This document shows, in pieces, positions 45,027 to 53,385 of a stretch of DNA of 64,000 nt. The notes beneath the pieces are model-generated. The model was not told where the DNA came from. It did no database searches and worked only from the letters and a program-made list of their open reading frames with translations. The DNA lies in the NCBI GenBank assembly GCA_963743675.1, contig CAVURE010000009.1, positions 644,910-708,909 on the forward strand, written 5' to 3'. Source of the DNA: an uncultured Actinomycetota bacterium (lineage in GTDB: Bacteria > Actinomycetota > Thermoleophilia > Gaiellales > Gaiellaceae). The first letter of the stretch is position 1. Every line of letters starts with the position of its first letter. The position numbers were made by a program, and so were the translations under genes.

Positions 45027-46046
45027 ATGGCGATCAGCTTCGGTGTCACCGTGTTGCCCGACCCGCCGTACGGCCGCTTCCTCGAGCTGCTCCAGCTCGC
45101 CGAGGAGAACGGCTTCGAGTACGGCTGGACGTACGACTCGCACGTGCTCTGGCAGGAGTCGATCCCGCTGCTCGCGCTCGCCGCCGACCGCACCTCGACC
45201 ATGAAGCTCGGCCACTTCGTCACGAACCCCGGCACGCGCGACCCGACGGTGCTCGCGAGCGCGTATGCGACGCTGCACGACATCTCGGGCGGGCGGATGG
45301 TGATGGGCATCGGGCGTGGCGACTCCGCGCGCCGCGTCATCGGCCAGCAGCCCGTGAAGATGGCCGAGTTCGAGGAGGCCTGCCGCATGATCCGGGCCTT
45401 CATGAACGGCGAGGAGGTGAGCTGGAACGGGAAGGACCTGCAGCTCGCGTGGGCGCGGACCGAGCCCCGCATCCCGATGTGGATCGCCGGCTACGGGCCG
45501 AAGGCGCTGGCGGTCGCGGGCCGCGTGTCGGACGGGGTGATCATCCAGCTCGCCGACCCGGTGATCGTCGAGTGGATCATGGCCACCGCCCGCAAGTCGG
45601 CCGAGGAGGCGGGCCGCGACCCCGCTGCGCTGCAGTGCATCGTCGGCGCGCCGTCGAAGGTCTCCGACGATCTCGCCACCTGCCGCGACGAGGTGCGCTG
45701 GTTCCCGGCGATGGTCTCGAACCACGTCATGGACCTGGTCGAGCGCTACGGCTACGACTCCGACATCCCCTCCGAGCTGACCGACTTCGTGAAGGTGCGG
45801 AAGTTCTACGACTACAAGGACCACTCGCGCGTCGGCGCCGCCCACGGCGAGTTCGTCACCGACGAGATCTGCGACCGCTTCACGGTCATCGGCCCGGCCG
45901 ACCGCTGCGCCGAGAAGCTCCGCGCGCTCGAGGCCGTCGGCGTCGACCAGTTCAACGTCTACCTGATGACGAACGCCCAGGAAGAGACGCTCGAGGCCTA
46001 CGGCCGCGACGTCATCCCCCAGCTTGCGGTTGCCCCCTCCGCCTGA
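45027..46046 (+). CDS. LLM-class (luciferase-like) F420-dependent oxidoreductase
   Basis: Track ORF of 339 aa: MAISFGVTVLPDPPY...NPGTRDPTVLASAYATLHDISGGRMVMGIGRGDS... Confidence 0.8.
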   Translation: MAISFGVTVLPDPPYGRFLELLQLAEENGFEYGWTYDSHVLWQESIPLLALAADRTSTMKLGHFVTNPGTRDPTVLASAYATLHDISGGRMVMGIGRGDSARRVIGQQPVKMAEFEEACRMIRAFMNGEEVSWNGKDLQLAWARTEPRIPMWIAGYGPKALAVAGRVSDGVIIQLADPVIVEWIMATARKSAEEAGRDPAALQCIVGAPSKVSDDLATCRDEVRWFPAMVSNHVMDLVERYGYDSDIPSELTDFVKVRKFYDYKDHSRVGAAHGEFVTDEICDRFTVIGPADRCAEKLRALEAVGVDQFNVYLMTNAQEETLEAYGRDVIPQLAVAPSA

Positions 46047-46162
46047 GGCGCCGCCCGGGCCGAAACGGCCGCTTGTGCTGCAAGTAACGATCCGGCAACG
46101 CCTGTGTCGTGCCCGGCCCGTGCCGCTCTGTGAGCCCGGCCGGGGTCGGTAGTCTCGGAGGC

Positions 46163-46909
46163 ATGAGCACGAACGGGGCTGTTGTAGTCGCGTCCGATGT
46201 GACGCGCACGTACGGCCAGGGGGAGACTGCCGTCGACGCGCTGCGCGGGGTCTCGCTCGAGGTCGAGGGCGGGAAGCTGACCGCCGTGATGGGCCCGTCC
46301 GGGTCCGGCAAGTCGACGTTGATGCACATCCTCGCGGGCCTCGACAAGCCGACGAGCGGCTCGGTCACGGTCGCCGGCGAGGAGATCACGGGCATGAACG
46401 ACAATGCGCTGACGCAGCTCAGGCGGGAGCACATCGGCTTCGTCTTCCAGTTCTACAACCTGCTGCCGATGCTGACCGCCGAGGAGAACGTCAAGCTGCC
46501 GCTGGCGGTCGCCGGGGAGAAGGCCGACGATGCATGGTTCGCCGAGCTGATCGAGAAGGTCGGGCTCACGAACCGCCTCAAGCACCGCCCGAGCGAGCTG
46601 TCGGGGGGCCAGCAGCAGCGCGTCGCGGTCGCCCGCTCGCTCGTCTCGAAGCCGACGGTCGTCTTCGCCGACGAGCCGACCGGCAACCTCGACTCCCGCT
46701 CGAGCTCGGAGATCCTGAAGCTGCTCCGCGACTCGTGCGACACCTACGGGCAGACCATCGTGATGGTCACCCACGACCCTCGCGCCGCGGCGATCGCCGA
46801 CCGGATCCTCTACATCGCCGACGGCCAGATCGTGCTCGACCAGAAGGGCGCGACCGCGGCGGAGGTGCTGCAGACGATGAACGAGCTCGAGGTGGCGCCG
46901 GCCTCGTGA
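46163..46909 (+). CDS. ABC transporter ATP-binding protein (MacB/LolD-type)
   Basis: In-frame part of track ORF 46109..46909, from ATG 46163 (GGAGG upstream): GPSGSGKST, LSGGQQQRVAVARSL, VFADEPTGNLD. Confidence 0.88.
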   Translation: MSTNGAVVVASDVTRTYGQGETAVDALRGVSLEVEGGKLTAVMGPSGSGKSTLMHILAGLDKPTSGSVTVAGEEITGMNDNALTQLRREHIGFVFQFYNLLPMLTAEENVKLPLAVAGEKADDAWFAELIEKVGLTNRLKHRPSELSGGQQQRVAVARSLVSKPTVVFADEPTGNLDSRSSSEILKLLRDSCDTYGQTIVMVTHDPRAAAIADRILYIADGQIVLDQKGATAAEVLQTMNELEVAPAS

Positions 46910-49461
46910 TCCGGGTCGCGCTCAAGGATGTGCTCGGACGCAAGCTCCGGCTCATCCTGACGTCGCTGGCGATCGTGATGGGCGTCGCGATGGTCAGCGG
47001 CACCTTCGTTCTCACCGACACGATCAACGCCGGCTTCAAGCAGATCTTCACCACCGCGTACTCGAACACGGACGCCGTCGTGACCGGCAAGGAGGTGTTC
47101 GGCGGCTCGGCGAACGCGCCGTCCTTCCCCGAGACACTCGCGCCCCGTGTTGCCGCCCTCCCCGATGTCGCGGAAGCCTCCGGCAGCGTCAGCGACCAGG
47201 CTCAGTTCGTCGGCCGCGACGGCAAGGTCATCGGCGGCAACGGCGGCGCTCCCGGTCTTGCCTTCAGCGTTCACCCCAAGGGCAGCCAGCGCTTCAACCC
47301 GCTCACCCTGACCGCCGGCACCTGGCCGGCAGGGCCGAGCCAGGTCGGCATGGACGTGAACACGGCCTCGAAGAACGACTTCAAGGTCGGCGACACCGTC
47401 GGTGTCATCCCCCGCTCCGGGCGGGAGCAGAAGTTCACGATCAGCGGCATCGTCAAGTTCGGGAGCTCGACCTCGCTCGGCGGCGCCACGCTCGCCATCT
47501 TCGACCTGCCGACCGCCCAGGGGCTGTTCCAGAAGCGGGGGCAGCTCGACCAGATCGCGGTCGCAGGCAAGGCGGGCGTGTCGAGCACGACCCTCGTCTC
47601 CGAGATCCGGAAGGTGTTGCCGCCGAACACGCAGGTGAGAACCGGCGATCAGCAGGCTCAGGAAGCCTCGAAGGAGGTCACCGACCAGCTCTCGTTCCTG
47701 CGCTACTTCCTGCTCGCGTTCGGCTTCATCGCGCTCTTCGTCGGCGCCTTCGTGATCGCGAACACGCTGTCGATCACGATCGCGCAGCGAACCCGCGAGT
47801 TCGCGACGCTGAGGGCGGTCGGGGCCACCGGACGCCAGGTGCGGCGGATCGTCGTCATCGAGGGCCTCGTGCTCGGGACGTTCGCCTCGATCGTCGGCCT
47901 GTTCCTCGGGCTCGCGCTCGCAAAGGGCCTCGACGAGCTGTTCAAGGCCTTCGGGGCAGACCTGCCGCAGACCGGGCTCGTGTTCGCATGGCGCACCGTG
48001 ATCATCTCGATCGCGCTCGGCGTCATCGTCACGCTGGTCGCGAGCCTCCGCCCCGCGCTGCGCGCGACCAGGGTGCCGCCGATCGCCGCCGTGCGCGAGG
48101 GCTCCGTGCTGCCGCCGTCGCGGTTCGCGCGCTTCGGCCCGGTCGTCTCGATCGTCGTCTGCGTCGTCTCGCTCGCGGTCGTCAGCTACAGCGCCTTCGG
48201 GCACGGCATGTCGACGGGCAACCGGCTGATCCTGCTCGGGGTCGGCGTGCTCGGCCTGTTCGTCGGCGTGGCGATGGTCGCGCCGCTGCTCGCGAAGCCG
48301 CTCGCGTCGCTGCTCGGACGCCCCGCGACGGCGGTCGGCGGCGTCGCCGGGGATCTCGCGCGCTCGAACTCGATGCGCAACCCCGGCCGCACGGCATCTA
48401 CCGCCGCCGCGTTGATGATCGGGCTTGCCCTCGTGACGATCGTCGCCGTGCTGGCCCAGGGCCTGAAGTCGGAGTTCGAGAGCGCCGTCTCGGCCGAGTT
48501 CCACGCCGACTACGCCCTGACCTCGCAGAACGGGTTCCTGCCGACGTCGGTCTCGTCGGCGAACGCCCTGCGCGCCTCCGGTATCGCGACGGTCGTCGCG
48601 GGCGTTCGCGCCGGGGACGGGCGGGTCGCCGGCAAGTCACTGCAGGTAGCCGGCGTCGAGCCGGGCATCTCCCAGGTGCTTCGCCTCACCTGGAAGGACG
48701 GGTCGAACGCCTCACTCGAGGGCCTGGGGCTGCACGGAGCGGTCCTCGACAAGGGCTACGCCAAGACACATCACCTCGTCGTCGGCTCGCCCGTCGCGCT
48801 CGAGACGCCCGGCGGCAAGTTCCTCCACCTGAAGGTGAACGCGATCGTCGCGCCCCCGCGGGGCGGATCTCCGCTCGGCACCGTCACGATCTCGTCGAAG
48901 GCCTTCGACTCCGTGTACCCGAACCCGCAGAACGTCTTCACCTTCATCACCATGCCGGGCGGGGTCACGCCGGCGAACACCGCGAAGCTGAACGCCGTGC
49001 TCAACGCCTACCCGGACGCCAGGATCCAGACCCAGAAGCAGTTCATCTCCAACCAGGAGGCGGGCCTCAACCGGTTCCTGTTCCTGCTCTACATCCTGCT
49101 CGGCCTCTCGATCATCGTCAGCCTGTTCGGAATCGTGAACACGCTGATCCTGACCGTGTTCGAGCGCACCCGCGAGATCGGGATGCTGCGCGCGGTCGGC
49201 ATGACCCGCCGCCAGACCCGGCGGATGATCCGGCACGAGGCGGTGATCACCGCGCTGATCGGGGCGGCCCTCGGGATCCCCGTCGGCCTCCTGCTCGCCG
49301 CGCTCTTCGACCGCGCTCTGAGCGACGTGCCCTTCGCCGTCCCCTGGGGCACGATCATCGTCTTCGTGATCGCGGCGATCATCGTCGGCCTGCTCGCGGC
49401 GATCTTCCCCGCCCGCCGCGCGTCGCGGCTGAACGTGCTCGAAGCCCTCCAGTACGAGTGA
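46906..49461 (+). CDS. ABC transporter permease with two FtsX-like domains (MacB-type)
   Basis: In-frame part of track ORF 46534..49461, from GTG 46906 (GTGA overlap): VIRVALKDVLGRKLRLILTSLAIVMGVAMV...RTREFATLRAVGATGRQV...RTREIGMLRAVGMTRRQT. About 851 aa. Confidence 0.85.
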   Translation: MIRVALKDVLGRKLRLILTSLAIVMGVAMVSGTFVLTDTINAGFKQIFTTAYSNTDAVVTGKEVFGGSANAPSFPETLAPRVAALPDVAEASGSVSDQAQFVGRDGKVIGGNGGAPGLAFSVHPKGSQRFNPLTLTAGTWPAGPSQVGMDVNTASKNDFKVGDTVGVIPRSGREQKFTISGIVKFGSSTSLGGATLAIFDLPTAQGLFQKRGQLDQIAVAGKAGVSSTTLVSEIRKVLPPNTQVRTGDQQAQEASKEVTDQLSFLRYFLLAFGFIALFVGAFVIANTLSITIAQRTREFATLRAVGATGRQVRRIVVIEGLVLGTFASIVGLFLGLALAKGLDELFKAFGADLPQTGLVFAWRTVIISIALGVIVTLVASLRPALRATRVPPIAAVREGSVLPPSRFARFGPVVSIVVCVVSLAVVSYSAFGHGMSTGNRLILLGVGVLGLFVGVAMVAPLLAKPLASLLGRPATAVGGVAGDLARSNSMRNPGRTASTAAALMIGLALVTIVAVLAQGLKSEFESAVSAEFHADYALTSQNGFLPTSVSSANALRASGIATVVAGVRAGDGRVAGKSLQVAGVEPGISQVLRLTWKDGSNASLEGLGLHGAVLDKGYAKTHHLVVGSPVALETPGGKFLHLKVNAIVAPPRGGSPLGTVTISSKAFDSVYPNPQNVFTFITMPGGVTPANTAKLNAVLNAYPDARIQTQKQFISNQEAGLNRFLFLLYILLGLSIIVSLFGIVNTLILTVFERTREIGMLRAVGMTRRQTRRMIRHEAVITALIGAALGIPVGLLLAALFDRALSDVPFAVPWGTIIVFVIAAIIVGLLAAIFPARRASRLNVLEALQYE

Positions 49462-49504
49462 CGCGCGAGGAGCTCGCCGCGCAGCTCGCGGCGCACGAGG
49501 CCGC

Positions 49505-49939
49505 CTAGAGCCGGCCGGTCGCGGTCTTCGCGAGCGACTGCTGCGTCGCCACGAACGGCTCGACGCCGGCGAACGTGATCGTGATCTGGGTGCCGTTCTT
49601 CCAGACGAGCAGCTTCGTGCCGTTCGCCGACCACGTGTCGGCGCCGACCCCCTGAACGGGGACGACGAGGCCCTTGTTCGCCTTCGCGGTCTTGTCGAAC
49701 GCCGACTGCGTCGCCACGTGCAGCGTCTGCACCGTCATCGACTTCTTCTTGACCGTGTAGGTGCAGGAGCGCGTGACGCCGACGGTCGTCGTCTTCGCCT
49801 TCGGCGGGGTCGCGCCGAGGACGGTCGAGGCGTCGGTGGTCGTGATCAGCACGCAGGGGTCCGGCGGCCTCGCGGCAGCAGCGGAAAGAACGAGGATGCC
49901 CGCGGCGCAGATGACCGTCGCAACGAGCAGCCCGCGCAT
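49505..49939 (-). CDS. small secreted protein or lipoprotein, DUF3558-like
   Basis: C-terminal 144 aa of track ORF 49505..50989, from ATG 49939: MRGLLVATVICAAGILVLSAAAARPPDPCVLITTTDASTVLG. Confidence 0.55.
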   Translation of the reverse strand: MRGLLVATVICAAGILVLSAAAARPPDPCVLITTTDASTVLGATPPKAKTTTVGVTRSCTYTVKKKSMTVQTLHVATQSAFDKTAKANKGLVVPVQGVGADTWSANGTKLLVWKNGTQITITFAGVEPFVATQQSLAKTATGRL

Positions 49940-49956
49940 CCGAGCCAGGATAGCCG

Positions 49957-50989
49957 CTACTCGATCCGCCTGAACCCGGTGCGGGCCGGGCTCGGGTCGA
50001 GCGGGCTCACCGGCAGCCCTGCGACCGGGTCGGCCGAGTTGTAGCCGCCGGGCGCAACGTCGTTCGGGCCGTCCGGATGGAAGAGGCCCGCGAGGAGCTG
50101 GATCTGCCCGCGGCCGACGCCGAGCTCGAACTGGCCGCCTCCGTACAGGGCGATTCCGTGCTCGGCGCACCGGTCGTAGAACTCGAAGAGGCGCGCAACC
50201 GGGCCGAACCGCGACGGCTTGCGAGTTGAGGCACCGCGGCGCGAACGGCAGCGCCTCGACGTCGGCCCACGAGTGGATCGGCGCGTCCCAGGTGATCCGG
50301 TGGCGATGGGGCTCGAGAACCGGGTCGGTCTCGGCATCGAGCGCCGGGTCCTCGATCCACGACTCCGGAAAGCCCTCGGCGACGCGCCGGTAGAGGTCGC
50401 GGTTCGGCGGGTTGTCGACCACGGTGCCGTGATAGGCGCCCTTCAGGTCGACGACGTCGACGGTGCCGAGCGCGGCGAGCGCCGCGACGACGTCGTCGGT
50501 CCACTCGGCGGTCGGATCGAGCTTGAAGCGGAGGTCCGGGTAGAGCGCGAGCCACCCCTCGAGGCTCGAGGCGCGGGTCGAGGAGACGAACCTGAGCGGC
50601 CGCGCCTCGCGCCCGACCGCCTCGCCGAGCGAGCGGCCCGCCTGCTGCAGCGCCAGATCGAGCGCCGCCGACTCGACCCCCCAGCGCCGATAGTCGCGGT
50701 AGGCGGCCTGCCCGGGCTCGCCCGCCGGGAACAGGTCGAGCCCGTCGAGGTGCTTCGAGAGCGAGTCGAGGGTCCAGGAGCCGGCCACAGCGAGCCGCGG
50801 AAACCGCGCCGGATCGTGCTCGGCCGCGTCGTAGGTGACGTCCTCGCCGCGGCCCTCGCCGCCGCCGCCGCGCAGCACGACGGTGGTCGTCTTGCGCGTG
50901 AACTCGGCCGAGATCTGCACTGCGTCGTGCTCGAGGGCGACCTCCTCGATCACGAGCGGCAGGCCTCCGACATGGTCGTAGAGCGGCAC
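49957..50989 (-). pseudogene. conserved hypothetical, enolase-superfamily-like (tentative), one frameshift near 50216-50226
   Basis: Track ORF 49505..50989 from GTG 50989 reads coherently up to ...ITWDAPIHSWADVEALPFAPRCLNS. ORF 49957..50337 continues KPSRFGPVARLFEFYDRCAEHGIALYGGGQFELGVGRGQIQLLAGLFHPDGPNDVAPGGYN...*. The span is 1033 nt (3n+1). The fold assignment is weak. Confidence 0.5.
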
Positions 50990-50998
50990 GCGCCGAAT

Positions 50999-51299
50999 CT
51001 AGCTGCGCCGTTCCAGGTGCCGTCGGAGCGCAGTCGAGCCGCTCGTCCCACTCCTCGCCGGAGACGGTGAGCCGGTAGCGCGTCTCCCGACCCGAGCGCT
51101 CGGCCTCGACGAGCCCGGCGCCGCTGAGCGTCGCCAGATGCTTCGAGACGGCCTGGCGCGTCATCGGCAGCTCGCCGGTGAGCTCGGTCGCGGTCGCGGT
51201 GCCGTGGTCGGCGAGATAGCCGAGGACATGCCGCCGGCTCGGATCCGCCAGAGCCGAGAACACGTGGTTCAGGTTGTCGGTGCTCAGCGGGTCATACAT
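50999..51299 (-). pseudogene. ArsR/SmtB-family HTH transcriptional regulator, frameshift near its 3' end (~51028-51036)
   Basis: N-terminus of track ORF 50007..51299: MYDPLSTDNLNHVFSALADPSRRHVLGYLADHGTATATELTGELPMTRQAVSKHLATLSGAGLVEAERSGRETRYRL. After ...EEWDERLD, a +1 shift gives ALRRHLERRS* with TAG at 50999-51001. This is the usual length for the family (~99 aa). Read in frame, it would run on for 430 aa. Confidence 0.7.
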
Positions 51300-51630
51300 G
51301 TGCGAGGGCCGAGGCCTGAAGATCGAGCGCCGTCGTCCAGGCGGGTGAGGTCTCGATCACCGTGAGCCGGGTTCCGTCGGCGTCGTCGTCGAGCGTGAAC
51401 TCGACGTCGCCTTCGCCCTCCCATTCGAACGCGAGCCGCTCTCCCGGCCGGACGTCGGTCACGGTCGCCCGGCGCGCCTCGCCGTTTGCCCAGCGGAACG
51501 TCGCCTCGCCGCCGGGCCGAAGCTCGAGCTCGACGTCGTTGGCGAACCACAGCTCGAGCTCCCGCGGGTCGGTCAGCGCGGCCCAGACCTGCGAGCGGCT
51601 TGCCTCCAGCACGATCTCCCTGCGAATCAT
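51292..51630 (-). CDS. SRPBCC-superfamily protein (AHSA1/START-like)
   Basis: Track ORF 51292..51663, from ATG 51630 (AGGAGG 6 nt upstream): MIRREIVLEASRSQVWAALTDPRELELWFA... Confidence 0.75.
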   Translation of the reverse strand: MIRREIVLEASRSQVWAALTDPRELELWFANDVELELRPGGEATFRWANGEARRATVTDVRPGERLAFEWEGEGDVEFTLDDDADGTRLTVIETSPAWTTALDLQASALAHV

Positions 51631-51632
51631 CG

Positions 51633-51675
51633 GCAACCTCCTGGTTGCGTGTAGAGTGAGCAACCGTCAGGTTGC
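51633..51675. promoter_or_regulatory. two identical 16-bp palindromes GCAACC-N4-GGTTGC (51633-51648 and 51660-51675) in the ArsR-operon/clpP divergent region
   Basis: The sequence reads gcaacc-tcct-ggttgc ... gcaacc-gtca-ggttgc with 27 bp centre-to-centre spacing. The first palindrome overlaps the SRPBCC ribosome-binding site. Confidence 0.5.
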
Positions 51676-51693
51676 ACGTTACAGGAGGTGTCC

Positions 51694-52308
51694 ATGGTGG
51701 TCGGTCAGGTCATACCGATGGTGCTCGAGTCGGACGGGCGCGGCGAGCGGTCGTTCGACATCTACTCGCGGCTCCTGCGCGAGCGGATCGTCTTCCTCGG
51801 CCAGGAGGTCGACGACTCGGTCGCGAACCTGGTTGCCGCCCAGCTGCTCGTCCTCGAGGCCGAGGATCCCGACAAGGACATCTGGCTCTACGTCAACTCC
51901 CCGGGAGGATCGGCGTATGCGGGTATGGCGATCTACGACGCGATGCAGTACGTGAAGCCCGACGTCGCGACCGTCTGCCTCGGTATGGGCATGTCGGCCG
52001 CGGCGATGATCCTCGGCGGCGGCGCCGCCGGCAAGCGCTACGCGCTGCCGAACGCGAAGATCATGATCCACCAGGGCTCGGGCGGCTTCCGCGGCACCCC
52101 TGCCGACATCCAGATCGCGGCGCGGGAGATTCTCGAGCTGACGCGGCAGATGGCGGAGATCGTCTCACGGCACTCGGGCCGCGACGTCGAGCAGGTGTTG
52201 CAGGACATCGATCGCGACCGCTTCATGACGCCGGCCGAGGCGGTCGAGTACGGCCTGATCGACGGGATCATGAGCGAACGGGGCGTGCCCGCGACAAGAG
52301 CAGCGTGA
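51694..52308 (+). CDS. clpP: ATP-dependent Clp protease proteolytic subunit
   Basis: Track ORF 51688..52308. I prefer ATG 51694 (AGGAGG 5 nt upstream). [16 protein letters not shown]...VNSPGGS...[11 protein letters not shown]...IMIHQGSGG...[18 protein letters not shown]. Confidence 0.88.
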   Translation: MVVGQVIPMVLESDGRGERSFDIYSRLLRERIVFLGQEVDDSVANLVAAQLLVLEAEDPDKDIWLYVNSPGGSAYAGMAIYDAMQYVKPDVATVCLGMGMSAAAMILGGGAAGKRYALPNAKIMIHQGSGGFRGTPADIQIAAREILELTRQMAEIVSRHSGRDVEQVLQDIDRDRFMTPAEAVEYGLIDGIMSERGVPATRAA

Positions 52309-52654
52309 CCGCCCCCCGCAAAGCGAGGACGAGCAGCCCGATCGTCACCAGCGAGACGACGAGAAATGCCGCCTCCTTGCCACCGAGCGGCCGGCCGAGC
52401 ACGAGGGCCCGCAGGAGCACGGCCGCCGGCACGCCGACCGCCCAGGTCGCCGCCAGGCGGCCTGCGCTCGGCCGGCGGTAGAGCCGGAAGGCGAGCGCCG
52501 CTGCGAACCAGCAGCCGAGGAACGGGAGGGCGTCGCGGGCGTATCCCGTCGCGTGGAGCCCGTGGTCGTGCGAGACGAGCCCGATCGTGACGAACACGAC
52601 GATCGCCGCGGCATCCGCTGCTGCTGCGACACGCGGGGCGAGGCGGGAGACCAC
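52268..52654 (-). CDS. DUF3054-like integral membrane protein
   Basis: Track ORF of 128 aa with four hydrophobic helices: [14 protein letters not shown]. Confidence 0.6.
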   Translation of the reverse strand: MVSRLAPRVAAAADAAAIVVFVTIGLVSHDHGLHATGYARDALPFLGCWFAAALAFRLYRRPSAGRLAATWAVGVPAAVLLRALVLGRPLGGKEAAFLVVSLVTIGLLVLALRGAVTLLLSRARPVRS

Positions 52655-52733
52655 GAAACGAGGATAGAGACGAGTAGGGCGCCCGGTGGGGCGCCCAACT
52701 CTCAGCTCTGGCCGGCCTCGGAAGAGGCCCGGA

Positions 52734-53279
52734 TCAAGCCTCCGTCGCTCCGGGCGCGGGCCCGGCGTCCTCCGGGGGCGCCGGCGGCGCCGGGGGGGTC
52801 GAGGCAGGCGGCGGTGCGGCCGCCGCTCCCCCGCCGCCGCTGCCGGCTTTGCTCACCGAGACGCCGGAAGGCATCTTCGGTATCTCGACACCCTCCTTCT
52901 TCGCGCGCGGGAAGGCGACTACCGCGATCGCGATCGAGAGCAGAAGCCCGATCCACTGCGGCCAGTGGCGGAAATCGCTCCAGTCGAGGAAGGTGATCAC
53001 CGTGAACACGAGCAGGGCGATTGCGAGCCCGGCAGACGTCATTCCGGGCGTCACCTGCCCGAGGTTGACGTTGTAGTTGAGCGCCCGCCCGATCTCCCAG
53101 ACCAGGTAGACGATCGCGATCAGCACCGTGATGATCCCGATCCCGTGCCAGAGATTGCGGCCCACGACGTACGGGCCGATCGAGGCCTGCTGCCAGTCGA
53201 AGAACGAGAGTATGACGAACAGGATCAGGCACCCGAGAGTCGCTTGCGCCTCGCGAGGCAACTGCTTGATGGCATCCAT
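52734..53279 (-). CDS. hypothetical multi-pass membrane protein with Pro/Ala-rich C-terminal tail
   Basis: C-terminal 181 aa of track ORF 52734..53486, from ATG 53279: MDAIKQLPREAQATLGCLILFVILSFFDW... Confidence 0.55.
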   Translation of the reverse strand: MDAIKQLPREAQATLGCLILFVILSFFDWQQASIGPYVVGRNLWHGIGIITVLIAIVYLVWEIGRALNYNVNLGQVTPGMTSAGLAIALLVFTVITFLDWSDFRHWPQWIGLLLSIAIAVVAFPRAKKEGVEIPKMPSGVSVSKAGSGGGGAAAAPPPASTPPAPPAPPEDAGPAPGATEA

Positions 53280-53385
53280 GTTTCCAACGCCCTTTCGTGT
53301 CGTTGCCGGCCATGACCCGCGCATTGGGGGCGGGTACCGCGAGCATAAACCCAAAACCGGCCGGTGGCGATGCGTCGAGCAGCCG

